Shown here one piece after another: positions 23,193 to 33,424 of a stretch of 64,000 nucleotides of DNA (position 1 is its first letter; each line of letters starts with the position of its first letter). The position numbers and the translations under genes are program-made. The stretch lies in the NCBI GenBank assembly GCA_963843375.1, contig CAWJKT010000001.1, positions 1 through 64,000 of the forward strand, in the 5' to 3' direction. The notes beneath the pieces are model-generated. The model did not search any database. It was not told the DNA's origin and worked only from the letters and a program-made list of their open reading frames with translations. The stretch comes from an uncultured Pseudomonadota bacterium (GTDB lineage Bacteria > Oederibacteriota > Muellerivitia > Muellerivitales > Muellerivitaceae).

Positions 23193-24077
23193 ATGGACGG
23201 GGTCCTTAATTTAAACAAACCTTCCTCCTGGACTTCCCATGATGTCGTGGCAAAGACCCGCGGAATCCTGAAAGAAAAGAAAATCGGCCATTTGGGGACA
23301 TTGGATCCCCTGGCGACGGGGGTTTTACCCTTAGCCGTGGGAGGGGCGACTCGGCTTCTGGAATTCGCTTCCTATTCCAAGGAATATATAACGACTTGTC
23401 TTCTAGGAAAATCCACCGATAGCTATGATATTTCGGGAAAAGTATTAGAAGAGAAACCTATAGGAAACCTTGTGCCGGAACAAATCAAGGAATCCGTTCT
23501 TAAACTTCAAGCCCTAACCCAGCAGGTGCCACCCATGGTTTCGGCGGTTAAACAAGGGGGGCGAAAGCTTTATGAGTTGGCCCGCCGAGGTATGGTCGTT
23601 GAGCGTCAAGCCCGTCCAATTCGAATCGAAATCATGGAAATCATTCAAATTGATTTACCCCGGGTATCTTTTCGGGTCACCTGTTCACCGGGTACTTACG
23701 TGAGATCCTTATGTCAAACCCTTGGGGAATCCTTGGGTGTGGGCGGATGCATGGAAAAACTGGAAAGGACCCAAGTGGGGCCCTTTTTTTTGAAAGACGC
23801 CATGACCCTGGAGGATTTGAAAAAAAACGTGGAGGATGGAAATCTTTCGGGTATCTTGTTTCCGCCCAGCCGGCTGGCCCAACATCTGCCGGAATTGACA
23901 ATTGAGGAGCTTTCGCTTCAACGCCTCTGCGAGGGCCAAAAGCTGAGAATCCCCGGTCATTCCCCCGGGCTTTATCGTGTCATGAACGGCCAAGGAAAAA
24001 TCAGTGCTATCGCCCGGGTTTCACCTGATGGGGAAGTGCGGCCGGATAAAGTATTCGGCTTGGAAGGAATGCTTTGA
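23193..24077 (+). CDS. truB: tRNA pseudouridine(55) synthase
   Basis: TSHDVV, KIGHLGTLDPLATGVL, PPMVSAVKQGGRKLYELAR, GTYVRSL. Confidence 0.96.
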   Translation: MDGVLNLNKPSSWTSHDVVAKTRGILKEKKIGHLGTLDPLATGVLPLAVGGATRLLEFASYSKEYITTCLLGKSTDSYDISGKVLEEKPIGNLVPEQIKESVLKLQALTQQVPPMVSAVKQGGRKLYELARRGMVVERQARPIRIEIMEIIQIDLPRVSFRVTCSPGTYVRSLCQTLGESLGVGGCMEKLERTQVGPFFLKDAMTLEDLKKNVEDGNLSGILFPPSRLAQHLPELTIEELSLQRLCEGQKLRIPGHSPGLYRVMNGQGKISAIARVSPDGEVRPDKVFGLEGML

Positions 24078-24979
24078 AAAAACCAATCGTTCTTACTATC
24101 GGTGTTTTTGACGGAGTTCATTTGGGTCATCAGACCCTTGTTGGTGAAACAGTCAAAATGGCGACCGGTTTAAACGCTGTTCCCGTCGCCGTGACATTCC
24201 AAGATCATCCCATGCATGTGCTAAAGGGCGGGCCTTATATTCCTTTTCTTTTACCTCGGAAAGAAACCTTTCGGCTTTTGAAGGAAGGGGGGATCCGAAG
24301 GGTCCATGTACTCCGGTTCACTCGCGCCTTCTCCCAAAAGACCCCGGAACAGTTTGTCAATTGGTTGGGAAGATTAGGGACTTTAAAAGGGATCGTGGTA
24401 GGAGAGGACTTCCGGTTCGGGCACGGGGCCAAGGGTGATGTGGCGCTTTTAAAGCGCTTGGGAAAAGAAACGGGTTTTGAAGTCAAAGCGATGAAGTCTG
24501 TTCGGGTGAAAGGGATAGCGGTTTCTTCCAGCCGGATCAGGGAGTTGTTATCCCAAGGTGAAACCGGGTTGGCCAATCGGTTATTGGGAAAGTCTTATTC
24601 CATCAAGGGTGAAGTCATCCACGGAAAGCATGTGGGCAACCAGATCGGTTTTCCCACCGCCAACCTGGGTCATATTGGCGAATTCCTTCCGAGGGACGGA
24701 GTTTACGCCTGCACCGTAAAATTGGGCTCAAAGTATTACCGCGCCGGAATGAATTTGGGCAAACGCCCAACTTTTAAGGAAGACGACCACCATCGCCAAG
24801 CCGAAGTACATCTGCTTCATTATTACGGACGACTCTACGGCCGGAAGATGAGGGTGTACTTACAAAAATATTTAAGGCCGGAGAAAAAATTTTCCTCCCC
24901 CGCTCAGTTGGTAAAACAAATCCGTAAGGATCTGATTCAAGTCCAAAAGACACCCCTTAAGGGTTTAAAATCTGCTTAA
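24074..24979 (+). CDS. ribF: Riboflavin kinase/FAD synthetase
   Basis: IGVFDGVHLGHQ, VGEDFRFG, SSSRIR, IGFPTAN. Confidence 0.95.
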   Translation: MKKPIVLTIGVFDGVHLGHQTLVGETVKMATGLNAVPVAVTFQDHPMHVLKGGPYIPFLLPRKETFRLLKEGGIRRVHVLRFTRAFSQKTPEQFVNWLGRLGTLKGIVVGEDFRFGHGAKGDVALLKRLGKETGFEVKAMKSVRVKGIAVSSSRIRELLSQGETGLANRLLGKSYSIKGEVIHGKHVGNQIGFPTANLGHIGEFLPRDGVYACTVKLGSKYYRAGMNLGKRPTFKEDDHHRQAEVHLLHYYGRLYGRKMRVYLQKYLRPEKKFSSPAQLVKQIRKDLIQVQKTPLKGLKSA

Positions 24980-25019
24980 ATTCAAGGGTTTCGTTCTCTT
25001 AGGGAAGGGGGTAATCTCC

Positions 25020-25048
25020 TTTACACCCCCCGGTAAAGTCCATAGAAT
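25020..25048 (+). promoter_or_regulatory. Putative sigma70 promoter of rpsO-pnp
   Basis: TTTACA-N17-TAGAAT. Confidence 0.65.
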
Positions 25049-25180
25049 ACAGCCCCTGCGTCCGATCTTTGGGCGTGTGTTCGCAAGGCGATGATCCTTT
25101 ACTCGGCCCTCGTCCACTCTGACGATCGCTTGGTTTCAGGGGAGTCCGGCAAAAAAATTTTAATTTGAGGAGTTGTACCC

Positions 25181-25447
25181 ATGATGACGAAAGAAAAGAA
25201 GACCCAGTTAGTTCAGGATTTCAAACAAAAGGATACGGACACCGGTTCCCCGGAAGTTCAAGTTGCCCTCGTTACCGAGCGGATCAAGTACCTGACCGAG
25301 CATTTCAAAACCCATCCCAAGGACCATGCGTCCCGCCGTGGATTGCTCAAGCTGGTCGGGCACCGGCGCCGCCTTTTGGATTACCTGAAAAAACACGATG
25401 TGAAGCGTTATGCCACGCTCCTCGATCGTTTGGGTCTCCGCAAATAA
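25181..25447 (+). CDS. rpsO: 30S ribosomal protein S15
   Basis: [39 protein letters not shown]. Confidence 0.98.
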   Translation: MMTKEKKTQLVQDFKQKDTDTGSPEVQVALVTERIKYLTEHFKTHPKDHASRRGLLKLVGHRRRLLDYLKKHDVKRYATLLDRLGLRK

Positions 25448-25570
25448 GGGAAGCAGATTTAACCACGACGGAACCAAGGGCCCCACGAAAGACTATTGGG
25501 AGCCCAAGGCCCTAAGCGGTTCACTCTAATTTCCAACGTCACCAACCTTAAACAATCTGGAGGAGTCAAA

Positions 25571-27684
25571 ATGATGGAACGTGTCAGCTGTAAATTGTCT
25601 CAAGCGACTTTATCTTTCGAAACGGGTCGCATGGCGAAGCAAGCCGACGGGTCAATCCTGGCCCAATATGGTGAAACCGTGGTCCTGGTGGCCGTGGTCG
25701 GAGCCAAAGAACCCATGCCGGGCAAGGACTTTTTCCCGCTCACCGTCGAGTATCGCGAGAAGTCCTCTTCCGCAGGCCGTATTCCCGGCGGCTGGTTCAA
25801 GCGCGAAGGCCGTCCTCGCACCAAGGAAATCCTTACCTCCCGACTCATTGACCGCCCCATCCGCCCGCTTTTCCCCGACGGTTTCTTCAATGAAGTCCAG
25901 ATGCATTGCACGGTCATTTCCTCCGACCAAGAAAATGATTCCGACGTGCTGGCAGTTTCCGCCGCCTCGGCGGCCTTGGCGGTTTCCGACATCCCGGTGG
26001 CCGACATGTTCGGTTGCGTTCGGGTGGGCCGCATAAAGGGCGACCTGGTTGTCAATCCAACCTTCAAGCAAATGGAAGAAAGCACACTGGACCTGGTGGT
26101 TGCCGCCAGCCGCAAAGCGGTGGTCATGGTCGAGGGCGGGTGCGGACGAGGAATCCGAATCGGTTTTGTACGAAGCCATTAAGCTGGCCCATAAGGAGTG
26201 CCAAAAGATCATCGATCTCCAGGAAGAACTGGTCAAGAAAGCCGGCAAACCCAAACGCGCTCTCACATTGGTGAAACCCGCCGAGGACTTGTCCGTCGCC
26301 GTCAAATCCTTCGCCCTTCCTAAAATGAAAGCCGCCATGGCCGAGAAGGACAAGCTGAAGCGCCAGGAAGGCATCCACCATGTTGGCAAGGAAACGGTTG
26401 AGGCCTTGAAAGAAAAGTTTCCTGAGAAGGAAAAGGATATTTTGGGGTTGATCCATGGCATCGAGTCCGACCTGGTCCGCGAAGCCATCCTGGACCGCCA
26501 CGAGCGCCAGGACGGACGCAAGCTCGACGAGTTCCGCCCCATCACGGGGGAAGTGAAAGTGCTGCCCCGCACCCATGGATCGGCGCTCTTTACCCGCGGC
26601 CAAACCCAGGCTCTGGTGGTAACTACCCTCGGCACCAAGGAAGACCAGCAGATTTTGGAGGAGCTGGAAGGTGAACAGAAAAAACGATTCATGCTGCATT
26701 ACAATTTTCCTCCTTACTCGGTGGGTGAGATCAAGCGTCTCTCGGGTCCGGGCCGCCGTGAAATCGGTCATGGCAACCTGGCGGAAAGGGCGCTGGAGCC
26801 CCTGCTCCCCTCCCTGGACGATTTCCCCTACACCATCCTGGTTTCCTCCGACATCCTGGAGTCCAATGGTTCCTCCTCCATGGCCTCGGTCTGCGGCGGT
26901 TCGCTTTCCATGATGGACGCGGGAGTGCCCTTGAAGAGCCCTTGCGCAGGCGTGGCTTTAGGGTTGGTTTCCAGCCCGGATATGTCCAAGTACGCCATTC
27001 TGACCGACATCCAGGGTTTGGAAGATCATTTCGGCGATATGGACTTCAAGGTTGCCGGTACCCGCAAGGGCATCACGGCCATCCAGATGGACATCAAGAT
27101 TACGGGTTTGCCATTCGAGGTCATCGAAAAGGGCCTGGCCCAGGCCAAGCAGGGCCGTTTGACTATCCTGGATATCATGGATAAGACCCTGACTTCCCCC
27201 AACGCGACACTTTCGCCCTATGCCCCGCGGATTGTCACCATTAAGATTCCGGTAGACAAAATCCGGGACATCATCGGCAAGGGTGGCGCGATGATCAAGA
27301 AAATCACAGGAAGATTTCCAAGTGGAAATCAACGTGGAAGATGACGGGTCGGTGAATATCGCTTCCCCCAACGGGGCCTCCATCGAGAAGGCAAAGAGCT
27401 TTATCGACGGCCTCATGGCCGAGGCCGAAGAAGGAAAGATTTATTTCGGCACTGTCAAGAAGATCATGGATTTCGGCGCTTTCGTCGAGATCCTGCCGGG
27501 CACTGACGGCTTGGTGCATATTTCCCAACTGGACAAGCGCCGGGTGGAACGGGTGGAGGATGTCCTGAAGGAAGGCGACGAGCTTTTGGTCAAGTGCATC
27601 GGGATCGACCCGAAAACCAAGAAGATCAAGCTTTCCCGCAAGGAAGCCCTTGGTTTGAACATTGCCGATTACAAAAAACTTTAA
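25571..27684 (+). CDS. pnp: Polyribonucleotide nucleotidyltransferase (frameshifts near 26142 and 27310)
   Basis: [52 protein letters not shown] and S1 domains. Confidence 0.96.
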
Positions 27685-27701
27685 CTTTTAACAGAACCTA
27701 G

Positions 27702-27732
27702 GCCCTGGTTCGAAAGAACCAGGGCTTTTTTT
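27702..27732 (+). terminator. Intrinsic terminator after pnp
   Basis: Perfect hairpin GCCCTGGTTC-GAAA-GAACCAGGGC followed by T7. Confidence 0.9.
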
Positions 27733-27742
27733 ATGCCCTTGG

Positions 27743-27761
27743 GTGTAAAATAAAATTACAC
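27743..27761. promoter_or_regulatory. Palindromic GTGTAA-N7-TTACAC site, candidate binding site of the downstream sigma54 activator
   Basis: GTGTAAAATAAAATTACAC has the same arms as the site at 30165-30183. Confidence 0.6.
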
Positions 27762-27763
27762 TC

Positions 27764-28219
27764 TTGAAACTATGCCATGACCGCCATGTGGGGGTATTGC
27801 TCTTGCAAAAGACCATGCTGAAAAATGTCGACTGGGGCGGCCTGACGATCGTGAATCTCCTGGGCGTTCTGGCCTTTCCCCCTTACTTTATTTACTTAAT
27901 GACCTTGGCGGCCTTAACCGCGTCGGGATTTCTCTGGACAACCCATTTATCCGAGGCGGACCAACAGCGCTTCATCGAATTCGAGAAAGAATTCCGCAAG
28001 GGCTACAAGTTGGAAAAAGCCGGGAAGCTCAAAGAAGCTCTGGCTTGGTACCTCAAACTGAAAAAGCGTTACGCCAACCATCCACAGGCAAACCATTTAA
28101 TAGCCCTCCAGATCGAAAAACTCGGGACTCTCAACGGGAAACCACCCGGCGGAAAGTCCCCGAAAACTCCACGTCTTTCAAAGAAATCGTCGCCTAAGAC
28201 GAAGAAAGCGGGGGGGTAA
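27764..28219 (+). CDS. Hypothetical membrane protein with a TPR-like helix pair and Lys-rich tail (start may be ATG 27816)
   Basis: Two hydrophobic segments, then GYKLEKAGKLKEALAWY. Ends 3 nt before the next gene. Confidence 0.6.
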   Translation: MKLCHDRHVGVLLLQKTMLKNVDWGGLTIVNLLGVLAFPPYFIYLMTLAALTASGFLWTTHLSEADQQRFIEFEKEFRKGYKLEKAGKLKEALAWYLKLKKRYANHPQANHLIALQIEKLGTLNGKPPGGKSPKTPRLSKKSSPKTKKAGG

Positions 28220-28222
28220 CCC

Positions 28223-30100
28223 ATGGCCGATTTTATCTGTCGTGAATGCGGGAATCCTCTGGACGAGGAACACCGGTTTTGCCCGGTGTGTGGGGCCGCC
28301 CATGAGGCAGTCGAGAAGGCCACAGAAGAAGGCGTGGCCGCCTTTGAGGAAGGAGAATATGAAAAGGCCCTCAAACTGTTCAAATCCGTGGTCAAGAAAA
28401 ACCCATTTAGCGCTTTTGCCCTTCGGGACGCGGGACATGCGTCCTTCCATTTGCAGGATTTCAGCACCGCATTGGATTATTACGAAAAGGCCCTGAAAAT
28501 CCACCCCGCCCTCCTGGACGTTCATTTCAACATCGGTTTGATTCACATGAAAAGGGGCCATGTCAATGACGCAATGTTTTCATTCATGGAGGCCCTTCAC
28601 CTGATCCATCCCCTGACGCCCGGCAGTTTTTACCTGGGACTTTTTCACACGGCCGAAAACTTATCCTTTCAGTGCCGGATGAACCTGGGAACCTTGTTCA
28701 AGGAAAAGGGGGATTTGGAAAAGGCCCTGGACCAATATCAATTAGTGATCGATTCCAATCCCCGGAATTTCGTCGCCCTGGGCAGCCTGGGGGAATGCCT
28801 GATGGCTTTGGAAAGGTACGATGAAGCTATCAAGATTTATCGGAAGGCCCTCAAGATCTTACCCGCGGGAGAGGAAAGGTTGAACATCCAAAACGACCTG
28901 GGTATTTGTTATTTCAAAAAGGGTGAATTGGAAAAGGCCATCACCGAGTTCAAGGCCGTGTTGAAAGTGAATCCCGATCATGTGAACGCCATCTACAATC
29001 TGGGGCAGGTTTATTTTCACGAGGGACTGACCGGGCGGATGAAGGAAGACTATGAAGAGTTCGTGAAATCCTCCAAGAACGCTGCTTCCATTCTCTTCGC
29101 CTTATCCAAGTCCATGGTGTCAGTGGCGGCGGCGCAAAAAAGCCGCCCAGCGGAAGAGAGTCTTCTGATCGGTAACAGTTTGGTCATGCTTCGGATCCAG
29201 GATCTGATTAAGCGGGCGGCAGCCAGCGACGCGACGGTGCTGATTTTGGGGGAAAACGGCACGGGAAAAGAGCTGGTAGCTCGTTCCATCCACCAGCAAT
29301 CGGCGCGTCATGACCGGCCCTTTGTCGCCCTGGCCTGCTCGGCCTTGAGCGAGTCCCTTTTGGAGAGCGAGCTTTTCGGGCATGAGATGGGGTCTTTCAC
29401 CGGGGCCATTGGGCAAAAGATCGGAAAATTCGAGGCCGCTGACCAGGGGACCGTTTTCTTGGATGAGATTGGCGAAATCTCCCTTTCCACTCAGGTCAAG
29501 CTTCTGCGGGTGCTCCAGGAAAGAGAATTTGAACGGGTGGGGGGAACAGGCACGGTGAAGATTGATATCCGGGTCATCGCCGCCACGAACCGGGATTTAA
29601 AACAAGCCATCAAGGAAGCAAAGTTCCGCGAGGATTTGTTTTATCGGCTCAACGTCATCGTAATCGATATGCCGCCCTTGCGGGAAAGGGAAGGGGATAT
29701 CCCCTTGCTGGTCAAATATTTTCTGGATCGCCTAAGAGCTAAGCGGCCGACGAGGTTCGAGGGTATTTCACAGGAAGCTTTAGAGATTATGAGACAACAC
29801 CGCTGGCCGGGGAACGTGCGGGAACTTGAAAACGTCATCGAGCGTATCGTGACCTTGAATGATGACGTGCTAATTAAGCCTGCCTATCTTCCGGAGGAAT
29901 TGACCGGAACCAAAAATACCACCTCCAAGACAATGGAAAAGCTTCCGGCAAACAGTGTTTTAGAGTCAGGAGAAAAGGATTTAATCTTCCGGGTTCTACA
30001 GGAATCCCACTTCAATAAAAAGCGGGCCGCCATCCGTTTAGGCATCAGTCGCCCAACGCTCTATCAAAAGATAAGGAAATATGGGATTGGGGTGGAGTAA
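28223..30100 (+). CDS. Sigma54-dependent enhancer-binding protein: Zn-ribbon, TPR repeats, AAA+, Fis-type HTH
   Basis: CRECG...FCPVCG; multiple TPRs; [67 protein letters not shown]. Confidence 0.92.
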   Translation: MADFICRECGNPLDEEHRFCPVCGAAHEAVEKATEEGVAAFEEGEYEKALKLFKSVVKKNPFSAFALRDAGHASFHLQDFSTALDYYEKALKIHPALLDVHFNIGLIHMKRGHVNDAMFSFMEALHLIHPLTPGSFYLGLFHTAENLSFQCRMNLGTLFKEKGDLEKALDQYQLVIDSNPRNFVALGSLGECLMALERYDEAIKIYRKALKILPAGEERLNIQNDLGICYFKKGELEKAITEFKAVLKVNPDHVNAIYNLGQVYFHEGLTGRMKEDYEEFVKSSKNAASILFALSKSMVSVAAAQKSRPAEESLLIGNSLVMLRIQDLIKRAAASDATVLILGENGTGKELVARSIHQQSARHDRPFVALACSALSESLLESELFGHEMGSFTGAIGQKIGKFEAADQGTVFLDEIGEISLSTQVKLLRVLQEREFERVGGTGTVKIDIRVIAATNRDLKQAIKEAKFREDLFYRLNVIVIDMPPLREREGDIPLLVKYFLDRLRAKRPTRFEGISQEALEIMRQHRWPGNVRELENVIERIVTLNDDVLIKPAYLPEELTGTKNTTSKTMEKLPANSVLESGEKDLIFRVLQESHFNKKRAAIRLGISRPTLYQKIRKYGIGVE

Positions 30101-30136
30101 GGATCAAAGAATAAACCTGGTCCCTATTGAAAATAG

Positions 30137-30183
30137 TGTAAAGATTATGTACAATAACTTTATAGTGTAAAAAATAATTACAC
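30137..30183. promoter_or_regulatory. Two tandem TGT-N11-ACA sites, candidate upstream activator sequences
   Basis: TGTAAAGATTATGTACA (30137-30153) and TGTAAAAAATAATTACA (30166-30182), ~70-120 nt upstream of the -24 box. Confidence 0.65.
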
Positions 30184-30254
30184 ACAATGTTAAGCGAAGT
30201 TTTTAAAAACCTTAATTTATAAGGCTTTTTGACTATGAAAAACCGCCCATGAAT

Positions 30255-30269
30255 TGGCATGGACATTGC
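30255..30269 (+). promoter_or_regulatory. Sigma54 (-24/-12) promoter
   Basis: TGGCAT-GGACA-TTGC versus consensus TGGCAC-N5-TTGC, with exact spacing, 155 nt after a sigma54 activator gene. Confidence 0.8.
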
Positions 30270-30280
30270 CTTATATAGTT

Positions 30281-30365
30281 AACAGGTAGGCCAGCGACAA
30301 CTGGTTTGCTTTCAAACAAATCAACACTCACCTCCTAGCCTCGGTCCGACCCACCGGGGCTTTTT
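30281..30365 (+). ncRNA. Candidate sigma54-dependent small RNA (~85 nt) with an exposed anti-SD motif
   Basis: 5' hairpin GTAGGCCAG/CTGGTTTGC, A/C-rich linker ending in TCACCTCCT (30328-30336), terminator AGCCTCGGT/ACCGGGGCT plus T run. Confidence 0.65.
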
Positions 30366-30366
30366 A

Positions 30367-31563
30367 TTGCTATTTTCCTGGTTTTTAAGCCAATTGGGCG
30401 CCCTTTCCCTTTGTGTTATAGTGCCTCAAGACAACCAACCATTAGCCATTCACTGCCTTTGGAGGACGCCCCTGGACGCCAACTGGATTATCTTCGCCGT
30501 CACTTTATCCCTCTCCTTGGGATTGACCCCCCTTTTTCGGAAAATCGCCTTAAGAGCCCACTTTTTAGATTCCCCTCAAGGACAGCTGAAAAAACACACC
30601 GCTCCGGTTCCTTATATGGGGGGGCTAGCCATATACTTTTCCTTTCTTTTGGGGGTGCTTTCAGCCCTCATCCTGTCTCCGCCCTCCGATTCACCCCGGG
30701 TCTTAGCCCTTTTAGCCGGGGGGACAGTAGTCGCCATCCTGGGCCTGACGGACGATCTCTTTTCACTCTCACCGGCGCTCAAATTCCTTTTCCAAATCCT
30801 AGCCGCCTCGCTTCTAATTTTCTTTGGTGTTCAATTAGAATTTTTACCGAGTCATCCTTGGCTCGCTAAGGTTTTAACCGTCTTTTGGGTGGTAGCCGTG
30901 ACGAACGCAGTTAATTTGATCGACATCATGGACGGACTGGCGGGTGGGGTGGCGGTGATCGCCTGTCTTGGCTTCGTTTTCGTCCCCTTCCTGGGGTCCC
31001 AAAGCTATGTCCCGATGGCGGCGGCGGCATTGGGGGGAAGCGTTCTTGGATTTCTTCCCTATAACTATCAACCAGCCCGAATCTATATGGGGGATTCGGG
31101 GGCCCTTTTCCTGGGTTTCATTCTCGCTGGAATCGCCATGGGCCACGGTTATACCCAAATCAACGTAGTGGCCCTTTGCGCGCCCCTTTTCATTTTGGGA
31201 ATTCCCCTTTACGACACGGCGTTGGTGATGTTTTTGAGGTTTTTGAAAGGGCGGTCCATGTTCCGGGGTTCCAACGACCATCTGGCCTTGAGGTTGCGTT
31301 CACTGGGTATGTCGGTGAAACAAATCACTTGGACTCTGTGGAGCCTTTCGGTCTTGCTCATCTTCTGCGCCGGGTTGCTGGTGCGGCTTTCGGAAAAACG
31401 GGCCCTGTTTTTCATGGTCTTGTTTTTTTTCGCCTGCCTTCTTTTCACCGTGGCGGTTTCCACTATTCGGGTGGATGAAGGCAGGGAAAGAATGCGAGAA
31501 AATCCCTTTCGGATTTTCCTGGGGACTTCACCCAAAACCACCCGTAAAGCGAAAAGAAAGTGA
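30367..31563 (+). CDS. MraY/WecA-family polyprenyl-phosphate sugar-1-phosphate transferase (real start probably near 30472)
   Basis: KKHTAPVPYMGGLAI, LGLTDD, NAVNLIDIMDGLA, ARIYMGDSG, DHL. Confidence 0.88.
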   Translation: MLFSWFLSQLGALSLCVIVPQDNQPLAIHCLWRTPLDANWIIFAVTLSLSLGLTPLFRKIALRAHFLDSPQGQLKKHTAPVPYMGGLAIYFSFLLGVLSALILSPPSDSPRVLALLAGGTVVAILGLTDDLFSLSPALKFLFQILAASLLIFFGVQLEFLPSHPWLAKVLTVFWVVAVTNAVNLIDIMDGLAGGVAVIACLGFVFVPFLGSQSYVPMAAAALGGSVLGFLPYNYQPARIYMGDSGALFLGFILAGIAMGHGYTQINVVALCAPLFILGIPLYDTALVMFLRFLKGRSMFRGSNDHLALRLRSLGMSVKQITWTLWSLSVLLIFCAGLLVRLSEKRALFFMVLFFFACLLFTVAVSTIRVDEGRERMRENPFRIFLGTSPKTTRKAKRK

Positions 31564-32873
31564 AAGTCCACACCCTTATCGCCGGCGGGGGACTGGCCGG
31601 TCTTGCCTGCGCGCGTGAATTGGACAAAGCTTCAAGCCCCTATTTATTGGTGGAGAAAGAAAAAAATATAGGTGGGCTTTGCCGAACGATTTTGGACCAA
31701 GGTTTCACTTTTGATTACACCGGTCATTTTCTTCATTTCCACAAACCCGAAATAAAGCAATGGGTTCTTAACCTTGTCGGGAAAGAATTGAAAACCAGAA
31801 CCCGCCACGCGGTCATTTATAGCCAAGGGACTTACAGCGAATATCCTTACCAGGAAAACACCGCCGGTCTTTCCTCGGATACCGTCAGGGAGAATGTGCT
31901 GGGTTATTTGGAGGCGGTTCTGCACCAGAGGTTTTCCGGAATCCGGCCCTCGGAAGCCCGGGATTTCAAAACCTGGTGCCTCCAAGCCTTCGGGCCGGGC
32001 CTGTCCAAATATTTCATGTTTCCGTACAACCGGAAGCTTTGGAAAGTTCCTCTTCAAAAACTAACTACTCATTGGATGGGCCGGTTTGTCCCTTCGGCCC
32101 GTATTCTGGAGGTCCTTCAAGGCGCTTTCGCTAGGAAGACCTCTCAATCGGGCTATAACGCCACTTTCCTTTACCCGGACAAGGGTGGCATTTCCATACT
32201 TCCCAGAGCCATTGCCCGGAACCTTCCGAATCTTTGGACGAGTGTGGGAATCCAAAAACTGGATTTGTCCAAACGCAAGGCTATCATGACAAGCGGGCTC
32301 GAAGTGGAGTATCGGCACCTCGTTTCCAGCCTTCCCCTTCCCCGGCTGGTGATCCTGACATCCAATCTCCAAGGCGTCTTGACTCTTTCGGCCAAACGTC
32401 TTCAGGCCACATCAATTTACAACATCAACCTTGGCATCCGGGGAGAACAACCGGTTCCTTACAGTTGGGTTTACTTTCCGGAAAAGGAATTCGCCTTCCA
32501 TCGGGCGGGTTCCGTCAGCGCCTGTGTTCCAACCGTCGCACCCCGGGGGCACGCCTCGATATACGTGGAATTTTCCTATCGAGGTGCCAAGCCGGACCCG
32601 GTAAAACTGGGGAACCATGCCGTTCAAAAGTTGATGGAATTGGGATGGATCAAAAGTCGGAAAGAAATCGTGACCAGGGTGGATTTGGACTTGCCGGGAG
32701 CTTATGTGATTTATGACGACCACCGGGATCAAACGGTATCCGATCTTCTTTCTTTTTACAGGGGAAAGCGGGTTTTTTCCGTTGGCCGTTATGGCCGGTG
32801 GGAATATGGCAGCATGGAGTCTGCCATTGAACAGGGAATCGCCGCAGCCAGGGAAATATTGTCGAAGAATTGA
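31560..32873 (+). CDS. FAD-dependent oxidoreductase (protoporphyrinogen oxidase / UDP-galactopyranose mutase-like)
   Basis: IAGGGLAG, GGLCRT..GFTFDYTGH, PYNRKLW, GRYGRWEY; overlaps the upstream transferase stop. Confidence 0.75.
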   Translation: MKVHTLIAGGGLAGLACARELDKASSPYLLVEKEKNIGGLCRTILDQGFTFDYTGHFLHFHKPEIKQWVLNLVGKELKTRTRHAVIYSQGTYSEYPYQENTAGLSSDTVRENVLGYLEAVLHQRFSGIRPSEARDFKTWCLQAFGPGLSKYFMFPYNRKLWKVPLQKLTTHWMGRFVPSARILEVLQGAFARKTSQSGYNATFLYPDKGGISILPRAIARNLPNLWTSVGIQKLDLSKRKAIMTSGLEVEYRHLVSSLPLPRLVILTSNLQGVLTLSAKRLQATSIYNINLGIRGEQPVPYSWVYFPEKEFAFHRAGSVSACVPTVAPRGHASIYVEFSYRGAKPDPVKLGNHAVQKLMELGWIKSRKEIVTRVDLDLPGAYVIYDDHRDQTVSDLLSFYRGKRVFSVGRYGRWEYGSMESAIEQGIAAAREILSKN

Positions 32874-32956
32874 AGGGGCCCTAAACCCTTTAGAGGAGTC
32901 TTTTTAAGGCGAAATGAATGTATAATGCCGTCCACCAATACCTTTGAAGAGGAAAT

Positions 32957-33409
32957 ATGGCCGCACCTTTAGAAGTGGAATCCTTGAAACCCCTGCCCCT
33001 TTTTGCGGACTTGACCTCCACCGAATTGGCGAATGTTGCCCCGCTTTTTTTTGAGAAATCCTACACGAAGAACTCCACATTATTCGTTGAGGGGATGACG
33101 GGTGAAATCCTTTACGTTATCCGAAAAGGTTCCGTCAACATCACCAAGAAGGGAACCACAAGCCAGGAAATCATCCTGGCCACCCTGAAAGAGGGCGAGT
33201 TCTTAGGTGAAATGTCCCTGATTGATAATCGTCCCCGTACCGCCACGGCCCGGGTGGCGGAGGAATCCAGCCTGCTCGTCATGACCAAGAAAGCCTTTAA
33301 TACCCTGCTGGAGAAACAGCCCTCGACCGCCTTGAAAATCCTGCTTTTCTTCCTGAAAATAGCCAACGAACGGGTCCGCAAAGCAAACGAATCCATAAAA
33401 CAAATCTAG
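32957..33409 (+). CDS. Stand-alone cyclic nucleotide-binding domain protein
   Basis: LFVEG..GE.LYVI.KG.V, GEFLGEMSLIDNRPRTATA; no HTH. Confidence 0.85.
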   Translation: MAAPLEVESLKPLPLFADLTSTELANVAPLFFEKSYTKNSTLFVEGMTGEILYVIRKGSVNITKKGTTSQEIILATLKEGEFLGEMSLIDNRPRTATARVAEESSLLVMTKKAFNTLLEKQPSTALKILLFFLKIANERVRKANESIKQI

Positions 33410-33424
33410 ACCGGAACTAACGTC

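Noticed and set aside
30306..30338. 10-codon TTG ORF inside the candidate sRNA
   Set aside because: No suitably placed RBS, and the start lies in a hairpin stem.
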